Positions 40,744 through 44,653 of a DNA stretch of 44,653 nt are shown piece by piece. Both the position numbers and the translations under genes were made by a program. Source of the stretch: a virus (lineage: Duplodnaviria > Caudoviricetes); IMG/VR virus record IMGVR_UViG_3300009706_000019, positions 1-44,653 of that record; one strand, 5' to 3'. Below the pieces are notes generated by a model. That model searched no databases. It was given only the letters and a program-made list of their open reading frames with translations, and was not told the origin of the DNA. Each line of letters opens with the position of its first letter. Positions within the stretch are counted from its first letter, which is position 1.

Positions 40744-41300
40744 TTGTACACCAAAATTTTCCTATGTTTTTTCACTTCCAAAATGTCCATCTCTACGGAT
40801 GCTTGCTGCTCGCTTACTTTTTCAAACGCGGCATCTATCCCGGAAGTGTCCAACCGCAAAAGATCGTAGACCACAAACCATTGGGGATTAAATTTTTTGT
40901 AGTAGTTTAAAAAGTCTACCCGTCGATCTGCTTTTATTAGGACTTCTAAGACTCCCCCGAAAACTATGGTTCCAAATTTTTTAGTGTACGTATGCAATTT
41001 GTCGGAATTAAAATCCTCAAATCGGGACACTTCAAAGGTGGCATGTGGGAAAAGTTTTTTCGCATTTTCAATCGCGGTACTTGATCCATCTATGCCGTGG
41101 TACGGTGTCTGTACGTGCTGACATAATTGCCCCTCTCCACACCCTACATCTAAGCAGGGTAAATTTTTTTCATTTACAATTTCACCGATAGGCTGTAAAA
41201 AAGTTGTGTGAAATTCTTTCGACGATAAATACCAGTAGAAATTTTCATCGTAGATATTTCTCAAGTGATCAGGGCTATCGTGGATGCTCAAAAAGGTCAT
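40734..41300 (-). CDS. Class I SAM-dependent methyltransferase
   Basis: LDVGCGEG, GIDGS..AIE. Confidence 0.88.
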   Translation of the reverse strand: MTFLSIHDSPDHLRNIYDENFYWYLSSKEFHTTFLQPIGEIVNEKNLPCLDVGCGEGQLCQHVQTPYHGIDGSSTAIENAKKLFPHATFEVSRFEDFNSDKLHTYTKKFGTIVFGGVLEVLIKADRRVDFLNYYKKFNPQWFVVYDLLRLDTSGIDAAFEKVSEQQASVEMDILEVKKHRKILVYKCK

Positions 41301-41874
41301 GGGGTATGCCTTCGGTTTTTATAAAATCATAAATTCTAGTTCGTGATACATGGTCTTTTTTTGGTATCCTCCAATCTTCACCGTATTCATGCGCTAAGTA
41401 TTCTTCAATCGGGGAAGGCACCTTAAATTCTCTACCGAATAACTCGACCGTATCGTAATTCTCAAACCACTCTGCGTTATGTACCAGCGCGTAGGGTTCG
41501 CCTACGTGCGGTGCGCGTGCGTCATTAGTGATAACCGGAATAGAAGTAAACCGCTTGTCTTTCCATCTGACATGCCCCACAATGTCTACTTTTACATCCC
41601 ATAATTTTGCAACCAATGTTTTGACTCTCGTAAATGGTAGCGACCACGATTCTATTTCTGCGCCGGCATCTACTAAATGTTTTGCAATGTCGCCGGCAGT
41701 ATGGTTAAAATTCTCCTGTAAAATTGCGAAGTCTATATCTAATTCAGTAGGTGTAAATCCTTTGTCCCGATATGCCCCCAGCGCAGTCCCTTGTATTAGA
41801 AAAAACGGTACGCCTACTGTATCGAAAATATCAGCGACCTTTAGCAATACGGCTTCTGCAATTATTTTGTTCAT
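41275..41874 (-). CDS. LicD/fukutin-family nucleotidyltransferase-fold phosphotransferase
   Basis: GTALGAYRD, ELDIDF, KVDI, YLAHEYGEDWRIP; ATGA overlap at 41874. Confidence 0.88.
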   Translation of the reverse strand: MNKIIAEAVLLKVADIFDTVGVPFFLIQGTALGAYRDKGFTPTELDIDFAILQENFNHTAGDIAKHLVDAGAEIESWSLPFTRVKTLVAKLWDVKVDIVGHVRWKDKRFTSIPVITNDARAPHVGEPYALVHNAEWFENYDTVELFGREFKVPSPIEEYLAHEYGEDWRIPKKDHVSRTRIYDFIKTEGIPHDLFEHPR

Positions 41875-42578
41875 AGATTGATTACCCCCACACCACAACT
41901 TCGGCCCTCCCAGATTCTTAGCCATCGTTCGTGTGCAGAGGTAGCTTCCTCACCTTGATTTTTACGTATCACAGATTCTTCACTTTCTGATTTGTCGATG
42001 ATCGTACAAATATCATAGTTGTTGTCTAGAAGAACTTTTTTATAAGCGCCCCCCGGTGCTTGGTCTTGAATGTCGTGCATAAATACAATGCCCCGCTCTC
42101 GCATCATCGGTCGATACGTATAAAAATCGGTGGCAAATAACGACTTGTCACCGTCAATAAAAAGCGTGTCGATTTTATCCTCGCCTAACCAATCGTAAAC
42201 AATGTTCACGGTTGCCTCTGAATAGCTACTTTGAGGTAACCATAGAAAATCAATTTCTGGGAATGCTTTTTCAAATAATTTTTTGTAGGGAGTCCCGCGT
42301 ATTTCACACGCGATAACTTTCTTTACACTGGACTCTAACGATTTACACCAATGATAAAGACCACCCCCTTTATCTGCGCCAATTTCTGCAACTATTTTTG
42401 GGTCTTTTAATCGCGCGGCGTGTACCATTTTTTCTAGTTCCCGTTTTCGTTGTAACGGAAACAATGTCCCATCGTCGAAGATATCATCATAACTATCGTG
42501 GTTCGGTTTACGGGAATCTTCGCTTAGAAAAAACTGCTCCCACGCTTCGTTTAAATTAGTAGGTAAAGGTGCGTCCAT
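41871..42578 (-). CDS. Methyltransferase (Methyltransf_24-like, sugar O-MTase type)
   Basis: EIGADKGG, IDTLFIDGD, GIVFMHDI, GVGVI. Confidence 0.85.
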   Translation of the reverse strand: MDAPLPTNLNEAWEQFFLSEDSRKPNHDSYDDIFDDGTLFPLQRKRELEKMVHAARLKDPKIVAEIGADKGGGLYHWCKSLESSVKKVIACEIRGTPYKKLFEKAFPEIDFLWLPQSSYSEATVNIVYDWLGEDKIDTLFIDGDKSLFATDFYTYRPMMRERGIVFMHDIQDQAPGGAYKKVLLDNNYDICTIIDKSESEESVIRKNQGEEATSAHERWLRIWEGRSCGVGVINL

Positions 42579-42582
42579 AAAA

Positions 42583-43521
42583 TCACTTTGTTGAGTTTTG
42601 AATATATTGAGTAGCTGAACCTAGCGCTTGATCTTTTAGTTGGTCAAGGTCCGTTACAACTTCCACCTCTCGATTTTTTAATTTAGGATTATAAATATTG
42701 GCGTGCGCTTCGCTCGTTTGTTCTTTGTTTCCGCTCATCGCTAATTCACCATATCCCCTCAAAGGGATTCCGCATTTATGGCAATGAAACTTTATCTGGT
42801 TAGAAAATGATTCGATAGATTTTCTCCACCAATCCGGCGTTACTTTAGTACCGGTGTCGGGGTAGTCCTTGTCATGCTGGTGGAGCATTGCTTGCGCGCC
42901 GGCAACCTCACAAAACCATGCCCGTAATTCTCCACGAAACGTCCCGATAAGCGCACTCCAATTTTGGTTTATGTCGCAATTGGAAATTAGTTCCCACCTT
43001 TTCGATTCATCTGCAATAACATCTTCCATAGCAACGAAGGGGGGTGAATGGCGAGAATCCGAATGTAGCCCCACTGGGTTACATTCAGGCCAATCTCGTT
43101 TAAATTCATCATAGGCATCTTGATCTAGATGCACATTCAAATTTGAATACGCGGGATTAAAAGTTTTTCGTGCCGCCGCACCGTGGCCAAACAATTTGTT
43201 ACACCATAGCCCGCATTGCTCCTGGTCAAAATGACTGCGCATGATCTCGCACAAATCTTCAAATTGTGGGTGTACGGCGGGATTTCCACCAAACATGCCG
43301 ATAACTCCAAAGTATCCGTGCAAACTCGCGCACGCATCATCAAATTGGTCCAGCGTAATTTTCGCAAACGGACCTTTTAAATTGCTCCCCTGCGTGCATC
43401 CAAAACAAGATTTATCACAAGAGCGTGTAATCCATATTTGGAGGACACCCTGTTTCCACGTTACTTGTGGGCGAGGTTGGCCGGGGGGCACCATTTTTTG
43501 TATTGCTTCGATTTCGTTCAT
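42583..43521 (-). CDS. Radical SAM protein
   Basis: CDKSCFGC (CxxxCxxC), FGGNPAVHP, additional C-terminal Cys residues. Confidence 0.88.
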   Translation of the reverse strand: MNEIEAIQKMVPPGQPRPQVTWKQGVLQIWITRSCDKSCFGCTQGSNLKGPFAKITLDQFDDACASLHGYFGVIGMFGGNPAVHPQFEDLCEIMRSHFDQEQCGLWCNKLFGHGAAARKTFNPAYSNLNVHLDQDAYDEFKRDWPECNPVGLHSDSRHSPPFVAMEDVIADESKRWELISNCDINQNWSALIGTFRGELRAWFCEVAGAQAMLHQHDKDYPDTGTKVTPDWWRKSIESFSNQIKFHCHKCGIPLRGYGELAMSGNKEQTSEAHANIYNPKLKNREVEVVTDLDQLKDQALGSATQYIQNSTK

Positions 43522-43568
43522 TTGGGATAATTTATTTTTCCTTTGTTGATTGCAAGGAGGCGCAATTT

Positions 43569-43895
43569 ATGGAAAGAGTAATTAACGTAGCTTGGAAAAA
43601 GTGGAGACTTATTTTTGCAAAAGACTTGCCGCGTGATACTGAAGGTACCACGGACCCACCGACCAAGAAAAGAAAAGCAATTCGGATAAAGTCGGAATTG
43701 GTAGGCCAAGAATTTCTCGAGACGTATTTGCATGAAACGCATCATGCGGGCAACGACACGATCAACGAAGATTATGTAGCCCAAATCGCGGAAGACCAAG
43801 CGGCTGCTTTTTGCCATGCGGATTGCCTTGGGCGATTTTTATCCTGCCCTAAAATTGTAAACATAGTTCAAAATATTCTGGATTCGCAATCCTAG
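43569..43895 (+). CDS. Small HEXXH zincin-like protein
   Basis: AAGGAGG RBS before ATG 43569; EGTTD...IRI...ETYLHETHHA. Confidence 0.75.
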   Translation: MERVINVAWKKWRLIFAKDLPRDTEGTTDPPTKKRKAIRIKSELVGQEFLETYLHETHHAGNDTINEDYVAQIAEDQAAAFCHADCLGRFLSCPKIVNIVQNILDSQS

Positions 43896-43940
43896 CTTAT
43901 AGCAGAAATTCAATCAAGCCATTCGGAAAGGATACCCAAC

Positions 43941-44653
43941 ATGGCCGCATTTCGATGGGACGAATCAAAGGAAAAATACATCCTCGATATGATTCGGAAA
44001 AACCCCGAAACTCCACATAAGAAATTTGCGGAATATTTTGGGATTACCCCCAATGCAGTTCGTAAAAAATTCCACCGAATGGGGATTTCCGTTGACAAGT
44101 TACGAAGCGGGGAATTTATATTGCACCCCGAAATTGAACCCGAAGAAACTCCCCCAGATCAAATTTGGAAAAACTACGAGAAGCATAACGAACAGAAAAT
44201 TGCAAAACACAAAAATGATGGTAGGTACATTGCCGAATTTCCCCACGAAGTGATTGGAGTCACTTTTATAAGTGATCAACACATCGCCGGGAATAACATC
44301 TGCGCATTAAAACGGATGCGAGAAGATGCTGAGTTAGTAGCTAAAACGCCGGGACTTTTTGCGTGCCTGGGTGGGGACTCTATCGACAACCACATTAAAC
44401 ATCGATCTGCTATTTTGTCTGCCCGAACCACGCCGGGTGATCAATACGAATTGTTTGATTACTATTTAAGTTTGTTTTCTGAGTCGATCCTCGGGGTAAT
44501 TACGGGCAACCATGACGACTGGACCCCGCAGGTGGCCGGTGTGGATGTGATTGCAATGATCTGTGCAAAACATGGCATCGCCTGCGCAAGCGATGAGGCG
44601 CGGATATCAGCGACCGTAGGGGCCACCACTTATAACCTAGCTTGGCGGCATAA
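43941..44653 (+). CDS. HTH plus calcineurin-like metallophosphoesterase (partial, runs off the window end)
   Basis: Hand translation: MAAFRWDE...KFAEYFGITPNAVRKK (HTH), ISDQH, GGDSIDN, GNHDDW; GAAAGGA RBS; absent from the ORF track because no stop is reached. Confidence 0.85.
   Translation, partial: MAAFRWDESKEKYILDMIRKNPETPHKKFAEYFGITPNAVRKKFHRMGISVDKLRSGEFILHPEIEPEETPPDQIWKNYEKHNEQKIAKHKNDGRYIAEFPHEVIGVTFISDQHIAGNNICALKRMREDAELVAKTPGLFACLGGDSIDNHIKHRSAILSARTTPGDQYELFDYYLSLFSESILGVITGNHDDWTPQVAGVDVIAMICAKHGIACASDEARISATVGATTYNLAWRH

Noticed and set aside
43910-44282. Three short ORFs in the track near the right end
   Set aside because: They overlap the real plus-strand HTH-metallophosphoesterase frame starting at 43941

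Overview
A 44.7-kb segment of a tailed dsDNA phage (Caudoviricetes) genome, almost all on the minus strand. Reading in transcription order (right to left): (i) a ~8-kb glycan-modification cluster (radical SAM, two methyltransferases, LicD-type transferase, HxGH cytidylyltransferase, 5-6 glycosyltransferase-like genes); (ii) DUF3310, membrane proteins, a papain-like C1 peptidase and a holin-like gene; (iii) two small-gene cassettes driven by a duplicated 49-bp promoter element, flanking a DEDDh exonuclease and DUF6165; (iv) an RNAP alpha-CTD-like protein, an SDR and a ParB-like protein; (v) the head module: TerS, gpA-like TerL, a Lys-rich protein, portal, a 4861-aa MuF-fused polyvalent protein, three small ORFs, an HK97-type protease/scaffold, the major capsid protein and a GT9 glycosyltransferase. 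Main observations: the MuF giant carries two Zeta-toxin kinases, an HEXXH peptidase, about six ADP-ribosyltransferase-like units (one nested inside another), ParB and four GNATs. It is followed by two paralogous ~55-60-aa ORFs (one missing from the ORF track) that are candidate antitoxins. The Lys-rich protein carries a copy of the predicted mature N-terminus of the capsid protein (KSxxDSSSLPNSV). A perfect 16-bp palindrome recurs three times. All family calls come from motif recognition by eye; no database searches were run, and internal domain coordinates are approximate.
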